Shown: positions 1 through 11,163, numbered from the stretch's first letter. The stretch: 64,000 bases of DNA from an uncultured Pseudomonadota bacterium (GCA_963843375.1 CAWJKT010000014.1:32001-96000); one strand, 5' to 3'. Program-made: numbers and translations. The notes: generated by a model not told the origin, from the letters alone.

Positions 1-542
1 TCACTGTCTCGGAATTCAGCCATCAGCCCGGCCTTGGTTAAACAGGTCCGCCTGAATAACACAATCGGAGTCAAAAACCCGACTTTATCCCATACGAATT
101 GCCGAAGAGTATCTCGTTCCCAAGCCTTTCGGGGTCTATAAAAGGCCGGGTGGTAAGTATCCCCGTTTTTGATGATTTTGGCCCCACAGAAACAGACCCC
201 CACCTCCGGTGGTTCCTTCTCCATCCTTTCCACCTGCTTGGCTAATTTGTCCGGCAGCCATTCGTCATCACTGTCAAGGAAAGCGATATATTCACCCTGG
301 GCCACTTTCATTCCAAGGTTACGGGCGGCTCCGGGCCCCTGGTTTTTGGGGCTACTAAGCCATTTTATTCGGGCATCTTTTTTTAAATAAGGTTGGATAA
401 CTTTTTTCGTGGAATCGGTTGAGGCGTCGTCACAAATGAAGATTTCGATGTCTTCAAATGTTTGACCTTGCGCGCTTCGCAATGCCCGTTCAATCGTGGG
501 AGCCCGGTTATAGGTTGGGATAATCACTGATACTTTTGGCAT
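1..542 (-). CDS. Glycosyltransferase family 2 (runs off the window edge)
   Basis: Manual translation from ATG at 542: MPKVSVIIPTYNRA...ICDDASTD...NQGPGAARNLG...GEYIAFLDSDDEW, the typical GT2 motifs. Confidence 0.9.
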   Translation of the reverse strand, partial: MPKVSVIIPTYNRAPTIERALRSAQGQTFEDIEIFICDDASTDSTKKVIQPYLKKDARIKWLSSPKNQGPGAARNLGMKVAQGEYIAFLDSDDEWLPDKLAKQVERMEKEPPEVGVCFCGAKIIKNGDTYHPAFYRPRKAWERDTLRQFVWDKVGFLTPIVLFRRTCLTKAGLMAEFRDS

Positions 543-607
543 TTAAAAGCCTCGACCTAAAATTTTTTAATCGATCAATTCACGTCCCGATGCTATTTCC
601 CGGGGTT

Positions 608-2124
608 TTAATTTTGAAAGAATAAAAGACATTTTTTAGAAACTTTCATAATCACCGACCTTCCTTCAGGCGTGGCTGATCCGGCAGAAAACAGAGTTAT
701 GCTAGACCATACGGCCAACCATAAAATAATCTGAATTCTCGAATCTCCGTTGATGGGGAAGAAACTCATCAGAAAGGCCGTGGCACCCAATATTAACGCT
801 ACCGGTAATAGATCATGGAGCATCCAAGTTTTATGAAAGTTCGGCAAGAAATGATGGTGAACCAAGGGTACCCAACCCAAAAGAAAAAGAAGGTTGACCA
901 TCATCCAAGTGATAGCCGCCCCTTGCATACCATGTTGTAAAGTGGCCCAGATAAGACTAGGGATTAGAATTAAAATAAAAAATAATGTCCCCGTTATGTG
1001 ATAGCGAGATTCCCGCGCGCTACTTGCAGGGCATATTGAATATCCGATAGGGTTAAAAGAGCGTAACCTAGCGCGGAAAATGCCAGTACTGTAGCTGCCG
1101 AGAAGGAGAGCTCCATATCACCCGTCCAAACCCAAAGGATCTTCTGGGGATAAACGGCTAAAATCACTGAGGCCGAACCCGCAAAGACGGAAACCATCCG
1201 CGTCGTTTTCCGATAAAGAGATAAAAAACCCGAATCGTTTTTTTCCGACACAAGGCGGGTTAACCGAGGGAGGACAGCCTGGGTAATCGGCCCCAAAATT
1301 AACAGAATTCCCATAGCGGCTGAGACCGATATGGAATAATAGGCGTATATCGAAAGGGGCAGTAACCTAGTCAAAATCAGTTTGTCGGTTTGAGTCATTA
1401 TGATCCAAATCAGGGATAAAGCAACCGAACTTAAAGCAAAGTTCCAAATTCTATTAATTGACGCTAATGACCAAGGCTGCTTATCTTTTTCCGGCCAGGC
1501 CGGAAGAAATCGATGGCTGATCACCGCTAAAATAATTAATTCAAGGACAGCTATCGCCCCTTGAAACAGGAAAAATATCTTTGGAGAGGCCCCAACGTAT
1601 TTAAAAACTAGCAGAATGCCAATAAAACGAAAGGTTGCAGTCATGATATTGATGATATTCAACCAAACTTGATGTTCAAAACCCGTCAGCAAGCTTCGAA
1701 AAATTTCGGCTGGCCAGCGAAGCACGAAAACGAAACCCATGAGGACAATTGCTGTCCTTATCTCGCCCTGTGGGATGGTCTCAACCTTCAGCCAATGGGT
1801 GGAAATGAATCCCGATAAGACGGATACAACGCTGATTACGACCAAGCTAAGGCCTGAAAATAAAATCAAAATTGCCCTTAAGAGCGAACGGAAATCACCG
1901 GCCTTTACAGTCCCGCTTTGGTAACGGGCCGCTTCGCGACCAAAAGCTGGCGTTAAACCCAAATCCAACAATGCCAGCCAACCGCTTAATACGGCATAAA
2001 AACCAATAAGGCCGTAGGCTTCTTTTCCCAGGTAATGTAAATAGACCGGTACCATGACGATGCCAATGAGGGCCGTATAAGCCTGGCCTACGTAATTCGC
2101 TATGACATTATGCTTGAGGGACAT
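608..2124 (-). CDS. wzx: Polysaccharide flippase (Wzx/MATE-like), split by a one-base frameshift near 1005-1010
   Basis: ORFs 994..2124 and 608..928. Multi-TM, with MSLKHNVIANYVGQ, LGKEAYGLIG, LLDLGL and QTDKLIL motifs; the reading continues in another frame (RYHITGTLFFIL...). Confidence 0.85.
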
Positions 2125-2180
2125 AAAAATCCATTTGGTGTTGGTTCAAAAGCAATAGCAAATCGAAAGAAGAAAAAATT

Positions 2181-3806
2181 CTATTTTGTGCAGAAATAAA
2201 TTTCACCCGTTTCAGGCGTTAATAAGCCCATTCTAACCGCGTCCTCATGCTTAACGAAATCATTCACTTTGGTAATGCTTATTTTAAATCCCACTTCACG
2301 AAGCCTTTCTACGTAATCGGGACCATAAACTCGGACCGAATCTGCCTCACTGTATGCTTTGAGCCGTTCCTCGGGTTTCTGGAGAAGAGGATCTTCGAGA
2401 GTCTTTTCAACAAAAATAGGCGCCAATAAAATGGCCCAGCCGTCATTTTTGAGGACCCGGTAGAATTCCCTTAATGCCTTTTTGTCATCTGCTACTTCTT
2501 GCAACACATAATTACAAAGAATCACATCAAAGGTTTGATCCGGATATTGAATATCCATGACGTCCATTTTGAGTCTTGCAAGGGGATTGAATAAATCGGC
2601 GGTAACGTAACCTGATCCAAATGATTTCGTAAACATTGGCTCAAAACAACTTTCTGGGGCGACGTGTAGTACCTTTTTTGGCTTTCCATCCAAAAGATTC
2701 GTCTTTTGGATGAGGTACAGCCACAAGAGGCGATGGCGACCATGAGAAAAACAAAAAACGCACTCCACATCCTCAAAAGGAACGAAACCGTCGGTATAGG
2801 GTCGAAAACAGCGGGACGTTTTTTCACAGATAGGACAGAACTTTTGGTTTCCGGTATAAAGGACTTGGTTTAACTTGTTTCGGGTCTCCCGGATGAAATT
2901 TTTAATAAAACTTGGCAAAAGTTTTGAAATTAGTCTTTTTGTTTTAAAGGATAGTGTTTTTAAGCCCGTTGAGAAGAGGAGAGATGTTCCAAACGACTCG
3001 AAACCCGAGACCGGACAGGAAGAAATTGGAACCAATTGAATGGCCCGTTTTTCGATCCATGCTCTCACCTCGGGGTCCGTCACCAACGACTGATCGATCA
3101 AACGGTAAGTACGGGCCCAATGGAAATCCCGATGGGAAGGACTGCACATTTTCTCCAGAGTAGGGCCCTCAATGGCGCAGTGGCATTGCCACAAGTGGTG
3201 ACCAGGACCGAGGGAGTCGATCCAGGACTTTAATTTTTTCTTTGCGACTTCCCGGTCAAGCGACACCCCGCTGGACTCGAAAGTCGATACCCAATCCGTC
3301 CGGGGAATATGATGTTTCTTGGCAGAACTCCGATTTCGGGAAGGAATTCTTTTCTGCCTGAGGAAATGGGCGAGAAGGCCCGCCAGTTTTCCCCAGGGAT
3401 CCTTATGCATATGCTCACAGGCATGGGTGATGCTTAAGCCTTCAGCTTCAATGCGGTTCCATTGGGCCTCCAACTCTATCTTGGCCTCACGCAAATCCGC
3501 TTTCCGCCAAGCTTCCTTGACGGTAAAAGGAAAAGTTCCATCCGGTTGTGTCATGGACTTTAGAGGGGTCAAGGGTTTCCAGCGCAGGACATCCCATTCG
3601 GCGGTAAAGGTGACGTGGATTCCCACGGGAATTTTGTGGGTCTTAGCCAATCGAGCGGCGGCCGGAAACGCGGGTGCCGGAGCCATGAGGTTGGTATCGG
3701 TCAGAACACCTTTCGTATAGGCCTGGACAATGCCCTCATTAACCGCATCGCACATTCCAAAATCATCGCTCATGACCGATAAGAAAATTTTAGTATTCGC
3801 CGTCAT
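2181..3806 (-). CDS. Fusion of a ChbG/HpnK (YdjC) family deacetylase and a class I SAM methyltransferase with a CxxC-CxxC zinc motif
   Basis: N-half has SDDFG, GIHVTFTAEW and EHMH. C-half has CPIC..CVFC, RHRLLWLYL, LHVAPE, ADL and FDVILCN. Start placed at MTANTKIF. Confidence 0.8.
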   Translation of the reverse strand: MTANTKIFLSVMSDDFGMCDAVNEGIVQAYTKGVLTDTNLMAPAPAFPAAARLAKTHKIPVGIHVTFTAEWDVLRWKPLTPLKSMTQPDGTFPFTVKEAWRKADLREAKIELEAQWNRIEAEGLSITHACEHMHKDPWGKLAGLLAHFLRQKRIPSRNRSSAKKHHIPRTDWVSTFESSGVSLDREVAKKKLKSWIDSLGPGHHLWQCHCAIEGPTLEKMCSPSHRDFHWARTYRLIDQSLVTDPEVRAWIEKRAIQLVPISSCPVSGFESFGTSLLFSTGLKTLSFKTKRLISKLLPSFIKNFIRETRNKLNQVLYTGNQKFCPICEKTSRCFRPYTDGFVPFEDVECVFCFSHGRHRLLWLYLIQKTNLLDGKPKKVLHVAPESCFEPMFTKSFGSGYVTADLFNPLARLKMDVMDIQYPDQTFDVILCNYVLQEVADDKKALREFYRVLKNDGWAILLAPIFVEKTLEDPLLQKPEERLKAYSEADSVRVYGPDYVERLREVGFKISITKVNDFVKHEDAVRMGLLTPETGEIYFCTK

Positions 3807-3906
3807 ATCTTTTCCCCGTTTTTCATTTTCCCGGTAGGTGGGACGCCACATCATCTCATCCGCCACCAAATCCACTCCATGAATTTTAATAACATTTATA
3901 GGTGTT

Positions 3907-4941
3907 TTATGCCTTTCGAGAATATGTCTTGTGTGCGGAGGGGCTTTTTATGGCTGGCATGGGTTCTGATTTGGGCCGATAAATAATGTAAGAACCGGTA
4001 ACGAACATTAGTAAAATATGAATAGCTTTTTTAAGTAATGGAATTAAGCCATCCCCTAATTGAATAAGCCGGTTATTTTGAGCAAATCCATAACCCATAC
4101 GGTGCCGATTTAATTCCTCTAAATAGGGAACGAAGATCCAGTTTTTTAGGATTTTATTCAATCTTACACCCCAAGGGCCCAGGCTTAAGTCATAGAGGCC
4201 GGGTCGCAACTCGCGGAAACCGTGAAAATGATAAAAAATAAGTGGCTTTTTATTCACCCTTAAGGTTTCGTTATCAACGGATAAACTACGGTTACCAAGG
4301 TTCCAAGGTCCCAAATTCGCGCCGGGATGGCCAATGATCCGAACTCCCTTGAAGCGGGCAGGCCACGCATCTAGATATTTTTGGTCAGCGTAGCGTGACC
4401 CATCAATGTAGGTATGGCACCATTCGATGCACTGCTCTTTCCACCGTTTCAGGCAAGCCAAGCCATTTTTGTCTTTGCGGAAAGTGACCCAACCAACATT
4501 GTAAATTCCATTCTTTTTTCGATATTGGAATCGCGGGGCGAAATCATGAGAGATGATACCGACAGAAGCTTTTGATATTTCTTTAAAGACTGGCGCGGGA
4601 TCCGAGAAAAAATAAAGGTCCGCGTCCAGATAAGTCAGGAGATTAATTTTTTTGTTAAATTTAAGTACCAAGTCCATGAATGCGGGGCCGCAGGTAAAAT
4701 AATACTCCACCTTTGTCCGGTCTGGTCGCACCGATATCAACCTCGGTTCAAATTTTTCCACTTGTTGAGGAGTGATGACGACGACGTTATCCAATTTAGA
4801 GTTTTTCAATGCGGCGACCGTTTCTTCATCCCAACAAAGCGTGTAAAGTCGGAAGGGGCCTGCGTGTGTCTTGAGAGAAGCATACAAGGACAAGGCCCGG
4901 GCCAAATAGTTCCGATCGAAATAGGTACAGAAATATCTCAA
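3907..4941 (-). CDS. Putative glycosyltransferase (GT-A fold, DxD)
   Basis: MRYFCTYFDRNYL start, YLDADLYFF, YNVGWVTF, DQKYLD and FYHFHG, a family common in O-antigen loci. Confidence 0.75.
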   Translation of the reverse strand: MRYFCTYFDRNYLARALSLYASLKTHAGPFRLYTLCWDEETVAALKNSKLDNVVVITPQQVEKFEPRLISVRPDRTKVEYYFTCGPAFMDLVLKFNKKINLLTYLDADLYFFSDPAPVFKEISKASVGIISHDFAPRFQYRKKNGIYNVGWVTFRKDKNGLACLKRWKEQCIEWCHTYIDGSRYADQKYLDAWPARFKGVRIIGHPGANLGPWNLGNRSLSVDNETLRVNKKPLIFYHFHGFRELRPGLYDLSLGPWGVRLNKILKNWIFVPYLEELNRHRMGYGFAQNNRLIQLGDGLIPLLKKAIHILLMFVTGSYIIYRPKSEPMPAIKSPSAHKTYSRKA

Positions 4942-5277
4942 AAATACTCTCCCGTGGATATAGTTCGCGCAGATTGTCGAAAGGTTTCTAAAACCGTTTA
5001 GGGTCTATTTTAAGGTCCTTTATCTCAATTTAGGATAAATCTGCAAAGTCATAATATCTCGACATATAGCTATTGACCAAGTATTGTTCCTGCATCCTGG
5101 ATGTCTGGCGTGAACATTAAAACAGGTTGATCCTTCAAGCCTGGAATGACGATTTAGAGTTGATCTTGCGACCCAGTCCTGGGTTGACGCTTTGTTTGTC
5201 AGCTACAGCTAACTTGGTTAAACTGTGATGGACCTCAAGGGGTGTCCTAGGCAGCGGTCAAATCAAAGGATTAAAAA

Positions 5278-6171
5278 ATGAGAAATTTTTCGACTCCTAG
5301 CTATGAATCCATTGTGAATGAAATCGCTAAAATCACCAAAATTCCATTGGCGGATATAAGGAGATTTGTTTGGAATGAGGCTATAAATAATGGCTGGAAC
5401 GTTTGTCGTGAAGCCCTGAAGTATAAAATTCATCCGCATGTTTACGATGAAAGAATGGAAAATTTTTATAAAAAAACAAACGGGTTTATTTTTGAGCTCA
5501 TAATTGAGTCTTGCAGGCCTGAAAAAAAAATTATGATTGCGAGGGTAGGTGAAAGGGTGGGGTTGTATCTAAAAGCAGTCAAATCCACGATTGTAAATGT
5601 TTTGATGATCGGTGACGGTTTGGGTACCGATTCCATTCATTTAAAAGAACAATTTAAAAATCGCGTCCGTCTTTGGTATTTTGACGTACCGGGAAGTAAA
5701 ACATATAACTTTGCGGTGAAAAGGTTCAAAAATAAAAAAATTGATATTGATTTTATTTCAAGCATTAGTGAAATAAAAAATAATTTTTTTGACGCTGTCG
5801 TTTGTTTGGAAGTTTTGGAGCACCTTCCGAATCCTAAAAAAACGATTGAACTCATGTCGAAATCTTTGAAGAAGAATGGTATTGCGCTAGTGTCGGAATG
5901 TTTTGGGGACGTACCGGAGAATTTACCGACTCATCTTTTAATGAATGAAAAGCATGCCGACAAGACCCCTTTCCTTTTCCTTAGAGAAAACTTGATGCTT
6001 AATTATTTACCGGCAGAAAATCCATATAAAAAACCCATGGAGTTTGTAAAAAAGGAAAATATTACTTTAAAAGACAAAATCAATTTGCTCTTTAGACTGT
6101 TTAGAAAAGATATAATCTTACCTTTTTTGAATAAGAGGATAAAGATTCTGTTGAGGTATAGTGCCAAATAG
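5278..6171 (+). CDS. Class I SAM-dependent methyltransferase
   Basis: LMIGDGLG motif I; FDAVVCLEVLEHLPNP; LKKNG. Confidence 0.8.
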   Translation: MRNFSTPSYESIVNEIAKITKIPLADIRRFVWNEAINNGWNVCREALKYKIHPHVYDERMENFYKKTNGFIFELIIESCRPEKKIMIARVGERVGLYLKAVKSTIVNVLMIGDGLGTDSIHLKEQFKNRVRLWYFDVPGSKTYNFAVKRFKNKKIDIDFISSISEIKNNFFDAVVCLEVLEHLPNPKKTIELMSKSLKKNGIALVSECFGDVPENLPTHLLMNEKHADKTPFLFLRENLMLNYLPAENPYKKPMEFVKKENITLKDKINLLFRLFRKDIILPFLNKRIKILLRYSAK

Positions 6172-6234
6172 ATAGACTAGTCATGGCCTGAAATTAAATT
6201 TAATAAATATCAAGAGAAGACCTTTTGCCGTTCG

Positions 6235-7059
6235 TTACTTTTTTAAAAAAAGAAAAGAACGAAATTGGCTTGGTTTGGGAGCCTTGTGGATATAGGGGCC
6301 ATCTCCCAAGCAATATTCACGAATCAGTTCAAGTCCTTGGGATTTGGCTTCGTTTAAAAATATTTGCCGGTTCAAAATCCAACAACGATACTCTGCAGAA
6401 TAACCATACTTGGTTGGACGCTGTAGAGCCACAAAACCGGAGCCTTCTTGGACCATTAACTGTCGGGAAACCATTAGATAGGGAGAAGCGCTAGTGGCCA
6501 ATTGGCCCAATAAGTCGATCCAGTTGTCCTCGTACCAAAGACAACTTCCCGCGAAAACGAGATCATATTTTTTTGATAAGGCTTTTTCTTTATAGGGCAA
6601 ATAAATGCCATTTGGATTCAATTTTTGTCCCTCCGCACAGAAGGCTGGTAAATCGTAACAGGTGTAATCTTGGGCCGATTTAGGAAAAAGGGCTTTGGCG
6701 TAAAGATAATATTGGCCCAAGCCGCCCCCATAATCCAGCCAGGTTACTCGTGACTCGCTTGCGGAGGCCAAAGCTAAGGCGTGTCCGAAGCAAAGGATTT
6801 GGTGTTGAAAAAAGACATCTTCTCCCCAGTTACTTTGAGGCGCTTCGTGATTGATGGACAAAGCATCTGGATTTGATTCAAGGGCTTTTTTCAGGGCGGG
6901 CCATTTTCTCTTCTGTGTACTCACGACGCTTTCGTGGGACCAAGCCGCTTCCTGAGAACCAAGGGATGTAATCTGTGGCAAAGCCAACCATTCTGCTTGG
7001 CCAAATGTGGCCTTTAAAAACCCATGGATTGTTCGCAGGAACCTGACTTTCTCGTTCAT
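6235..7059 (-). CDS. Putative methyltransferase (TIGR04325-like)
   Basis: WLDYGGGLGQYY, YDLP and YDLVFAGSCL motifs; glycan-locus context. Confidence 0.7.
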   Translation of the reverse strand: MNEKVRFLRTIHGFLKATFGQAEWLALPQITSLGSQEAAWSHESVVSTQKRKWPALKKALESNPDALSINHEAPQSNWGEDVFFQHQILCFGHALALASASESRVTWLDYGGGLGQYYLYAKALFPKSAQDYTCYDLPAFCAEGQKLNPNGIYLPYKEKALSKKYDLVFAGSCLWYEDNWIDLLGQLATSASPYLMVSRQLMVQEGSGFVALQRPTKYGYSAEYRCWILNRQIFLNEAKSQGLELIREYCLGDGPYIHKAPKPSQFRSFLFLKK

Positions 7060-7275
7060 GGATGTCTCGGGCCTTTGTTCATTCTGTTCTTGAGAATTTT
7101 AGACACAAATTCTAATTAATGTTTTTCAAAATATGTCAGTTCGGATTTTAATAAATTAGCAAATGAGAGGCCAGGTTTTAACTGGTTATTATTTGCAACG
7201 TGATTATTATATTTTAATTATGGTAAAAATATTAATTAGAATACCAACATTTAGAGGCTATCTATAAGAATTCAG

Positions 7276-8598
7276 ATGAAAATGGAAAAGATAGGCATGA
7301 AAATGAATCGCAAGTGGAAATGGCTGACCCTCATTTACTTTTTTGCCTTGCTCGTCCGGCTGGCGGTGGTTTTTTTAACTGATTTTCAAATGCAGGACGG
7401 AGGTTACCTCGACATCGCGCAAAACCTGATAAATCACGGAATGTTTTTTGAAGTTATCCACGCTCAGGGTTTAGGTCGAGCTTGGAATGGCACTTGCTAT
7501 GCTTGTGCACCGCCTATTTATCCTTTTTTCTTGGCTTTGTTTTCTAACCATTTATTTCTACTATCTGTTTGGCAATCTCTTGTTTATTCATGTTTGCCGC
7601 TTGTAGTTTTTTTCATATCATCAACTCTTTTTAAGCATAAAGAGATAGCTTTAATTTCAGCATTGCTTTGTTGTATCTATCCGTTTTTTGTGTATTCCTC
7701 AAACCAACTAATCGGATTACTCATATTGGCAAATTTAATTTACGTTAAAGAAAAAAATACAAAGTATGTTTTTATAGTTGGAATCATTGACGCTATAGGA
7801 TTGCTGACTCGAGAGAATTTCCTGCCAATCCTTTTTGTTTTTCCGATTTTGCAATTAGCAGTTTTTGAGAATGGGACTCCAAAGTTGATATTTAAAAAAT
7901 ATTTGATTTTGTTTTCGGTTACCTTTTTATTCATTTCTCCTTGGTTGATGCGCAATTACATGGTCTTGAAAGAGCCCGTTATTACTTCTTACTATGGAAG
8001 TTATACTTTGTGGTTGGGAAATAACGAATTAACTCATCAATATTTATCTAAGGGAATTGCGGCCCACATTGAAGATTATATTTATTTGGAAAAAATTGAT
8101 GATAAGGATTTAACATCTTTTGAAAAAATGAATGAACTCGAAAAAGGGAAGTGGCTCACGGAGAAAGCGGTTGATTTCATAAAAAATAATCCCGCTGAAT
8201 TTTTAGAAAATGCTTTGTTGAAATTTGTTGGACTGTGGACGTGGAAAAAAGAGCCGAATCCGTTGGATAGCTCTGCGGAAAACAAATGGAAGCCTTTTTT
8301 GTACAAGGTTGTCACTGTTCCGCTGTTTTTTTTGAGCGGCTTAGGATTTTTGATTCTTTGTAGGCGGGAAAAAAGATTGGCGATATTATTTCTTGCGCTT
8401 TTCTTAGCTTATAGTATTCCTTTTATGGTTTACATTAGTGCCATAAGAATGAGGATGCCGTTTGATATTTTGCTTATCATTTTGTCGTCATTTTTTATAA
8501 TTTGGATGCGGGATTTAGCCGCTTCCTTTTTTCGATTAAAGATAATGTTTTTAATGGGAACTGATAATAGTTCGTCCCCGAAAGATAATTTTTTTTAA
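7276..8598 (+). CDS. GT-C fold membrane glycosyltransferase (GT39/ArnT-PMT-like)
   Basis: DGGYLDIAQNL, PPIYPFFLA, LLTR, PWLMRNY, LWLGNN and RMRMP; multiple TM helices. Confidence 0.75.
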   Translation: MKMEKIGMKMNRKWKWLTLIYFFALLVRLAVVFLTDFQMQDGGYLDIAQNLINHGMFFEVIHAQGLGRAWNGTCYACAPPIYPFFLALFSNHLFLLSVWQSLVYSCLPLVVFFISSTLFKHKEIALISALLCCIYPFFVYSSNQLIGLLILANLIYVKEKNTKYVFIVGIIDAIGLLTRENFLPILFVFPILQLAVFENGTPKLIFKKYLILFSVTFLFISPWLMRNYMVLKEPVITSYYGSYTLWLGNNELTHQYLSKGIAAHIEDYIYLEKIDDKDLTSFEKMNELEKGKWLTEKAVDFIKNNPAEFLENALLKFVGLWTWKKEPNPLDSSAENKWKPFLYKVVTVPLFFLSGLGFLILCRREKRLAILFLALFLAYSIPFMVYISAIRMRMPFDILLIILSSFFIIWMRDLAASFFRLKIMFLMGTDNSSSPKDNFF

Positions 8599-9875
8599 AG
8601 AAGTTTATTTTGCCTCCGAATTAATTTATATCCCAGTATCCCGATAGAAAAATACCAGAAAAATGAAAAGCAAATAATACGCAAGTCATCAAGAGTCCAG
8701 GGAAATGTTCCGGTTTTTAGTATGTTATTTAATCCCTTGAGGTTGCTTGGCCCTTGTTGAAAAGGGCGTAGGTAATCCAAAGTGAAATAGTGATACTTCA
8801 AAAAAGCTATCAAAGAAATTCCGGACGAAAAAAGAATATGAGACAAGGACATTGTTTTTCTTTCTAGTATCCATGCGATCGCAAGTATAAAAACAATATC
8901 GTCCGCATCACAGTGGTAAACCCAAATCGAAGAAATCAAAGCGGTCAGAGTGAAAACGCCAAGGTCATCCGTGTGATTGGCTTTAATTAGTACAAGGATC
9001 AACAGGAGAAGTGACAAACAACTGATAAGGTAAGGTATCCAGACTGGTTTTCCATGCAGCAAAGCCCAAAAAGCGAAAAGATCGTACTCGCCGCTATTGA
9101 TGATTCCATTGGAGCACCATTTGATGAAAGCGGTGGAAAAATAAAAAATGGGTTGATGAAACCAAACGGAAATAAGTCCATTCAAGATTAAGTGAAAGCC
9201 AAAAGCAACGAGGACATTTTTCCATACTCGTTTGTAAACGAGGTAATAAAAGCACATTGGAAGGGTTAAGGAATATTTGTATAAAGCCAATGCTAGGGCC
9301 AGACCTGAAAAAAACGGTTTTTTTCCTTCGCTTAATCTCAAGGATAAAATGAAAAAACAGAGACTCCAGATTGCGTTTTGGCCCCAATAAATATCATCCC
9401 GCCATGGGATGGAGCAAACCATGGCCACTAACAGAAATAGAAAATGTTTCTTCGAACAAAATAATGTTGATATTTCTTTAGCTAAAAGGCAAGTCAGAAT
9501 GAGGTTTAAGAGCAACCATAGCCATTTTGCAGTTATCCAATTCACCAGTGTGAAAGGGGCCAAAAAGGAATAACAACTAGGGGGGTATCGGGGGCAAACA
9601 TCAAAAGGGTCAACAAAGTCACAAGCTGAAATGGCTAATGCCGATACTTGTTTATAGACATCTGTACTATATATATTTTGACCGTTTAGCAGGAATTTTG
9701 CATTGAATAAGTAGTTACGCAAATCATAACTAGCGCCTTTTGCGACAAAAGTTGCGTGGATACAATAAAAAAGGGAAAAGATAAAAGAAAAAGTGACAAA
9801 ACCTTTTATTAATGTTTGGGTGAAGGAAATTGGATTTTTCTTCGGGATAACTTCAGTTTTTTTAATCATTTTCAA
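8595..9875 (-). CDS. GT87/DUF2029-like membrane glycosyltransferase
   Basis: YPPS..LAPF, W..AK.LW, GQ, G.ALALALYK and YH..D motifs; polytopic. Confidence 0.75.
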   Translation of the reverse strand: MKMIKKTEVIPKKNPISFTQTLIKGFVTFSFIFSLFYCIHATFVAKGASYDLRNYLFNAKFLLNGQNIYSTDVYKQVSALAISACDFVDPFDVCPRYPPSCYSFLAPFTLVNWITAKWLWLLLNLILTCLLAKEISTLFCSKKHFLFLLVAMVCSIPWRDDIYWGQNAIWSLCFFILSLRLSEGKKPFFSGLALALALYKYSLTLPMCFYYLVYKRVWKNVLVAFGFHLILNGLISVWFHQPIFYFSTAFIKWCSNGIINSGEYDLFAFWALLHGKPVWIPYLISCLSLLLLILVLIKANHTDDLGVFTLTALISSIWVYHCDADDIVFILAIAWILERKTMSLSHILFSSGISLIAFLKYHYFTLDYLRPFQQGPSNLKGLNNILKTGTFPWTLDDLRIICFSFFWYFSIGILGYKLIRRQNKLL

Positions 9876-11163
9876 TAAGCTCTTCGTTTTTTTTAGAAAT
9901 CAACGTGTGCCCCATTATAAGTATAGATAAATACCAAAAGAGAGAATAAACGATTGCGATAACGGTGTGTAGGTTCTGATGAAAATAGGATAAATTTGGG
10001 TTTATCAAAGAGTTCGTAATGTTTTCGGATTGAGAAATTGAAGAGGCCTGATCTCCTGGCAAATAGTTGCCGCGCAAATAGCCCACAAAAAATATACCTA
10101 CAGAAAAAAGGACAAGTGAAAAATCCAGATGTTTTCTTGTTAAAATCCATGCCACGGGCAGAACAATAACAGTAAAATCTGACTCGCTGTGATAAGTCAA
10201 AACTGTGGCAACCATCGAGCTTAATGCAAGGACTCCGAGGTCATCTTGGGGTAATTTTTCTTTTTTATATAAAAAAAATAAAAATATTAAAAGCGTGATT
10301 CCGGCACCCAAAAAAGGTACCCAACTTAATTTTCCTTCGATTAAGAACCAAAATCGGAAAAAATCGAATCGACCATCTTCTATGATTCCATTGTTGCACC
10401 ACTTAAGGGTGGACATGAAAAGATAAAAAATTGATTTGTGTAATTTTAAGGAAATGATGAAATGAATCGCGAAATGAATCCCAAGGGCAGTAATGACGTT
10501 TTTCCAAACCCGTTTATAAACAATGAAATAAAGGCAGAGGGGGCCAGTTAAAGTGTACTTCAATAAAGCTAGAGACAAAGCGATTCCTGAAAAAAGGAAT
10601 TTCTTCTGTCCGCTGAATTTAATGGATAATATAAAAAACCCAAAACTCCAAATGGCGGTTTGGCCAAAACAGATATTTGCTCGCCATGGTTCGGAAAAAA
10701 TTAGAGCCGCTAGTAGAAAATAAAAATATTTTCCGTAACAAAATAAATCGGAAATTTCTTTCGCCAATGAGAAGGTCAAGAACAAGCTAACAATAAGCCA
10801 TAAGCATTTTGCCGTAGGCCAATTGAGTAAAGCGAATGGGGCCAATAGGGCATAACAACTTGGGAAATAGCGCGGGATCATGTCAAAAGGTTCTAGGTCG
10901 TATTTTTTGCTAGATATAGTCGACATTTGATTGAAAGTGGAAAGATCATAAATATTGATGCCGTTTATAAGATTTTTAGCATTGAGCCAATGTATGTTGA
11001 AATCGTAGCAACTATTTCCGAACAATACAAAATCAACACATTTGAAAAGGATATAAATACAAGGTAAGGCAATTGACCATTTGAGGAAACGAAAGGAATT
11101 GCGAAGGGACCAAGCTATTTTTTTATAGTTTATATCTTTCATTGAAATCCAATCTTTAGTCAA
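9862..11163 (-). CDS. GT87/DUF2029-like membrane glycosyltransferase (tandem paralog)
   Basis: PRYFPSCYALLAPF, FGQ, SGIALSLALLKY and YHSESD; clearly similar to the neighbouring gene. Confidence 0.75.
   Translation of the reverse strand: MTKDWISMKDINYKKIAWSLRNSFRFLKWSIALPCIYILFKCVDFVLFGNSCYDFNIHWLNAKNLINGINIYDLSTFNQMSTISSKKYDLEPFDMIPRYFPSCYALLAPFALLNWPTAKCLWLIVSLFLTFSLAKEISDLFCYGKYFYFLLAALIFSEPWRANICFGQTAIWSFGFFILSIKFSGQKKFLFSGIALSLALLKYTLTGPLCLYFIVYKRVWKNVITALGIHFAIHFIISLKLHKSIFYLFMSTLKWCNNGIIEDGRFDFFRFWFLIEGKLSWVPFLGAGITLLIFLFFLYKKEKLPQDDLGVLALSSMVATVLTYHSESDFTVIVLPVAWILTRKHLDFSLVLFSVGIFFVGYLRGNYLPGDQASSISQSENITNSLINPNLSYFHQNLHTVIAIVYSLFWYLSILIMGHTLISKKNEELIEND

Noticed and set aside
5080..5190. 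Degenerate REP/MITE-like sequence (CTGGAATGAC)
   Set aside because: Single copy with no convincing inverted partner or second copy in the window.
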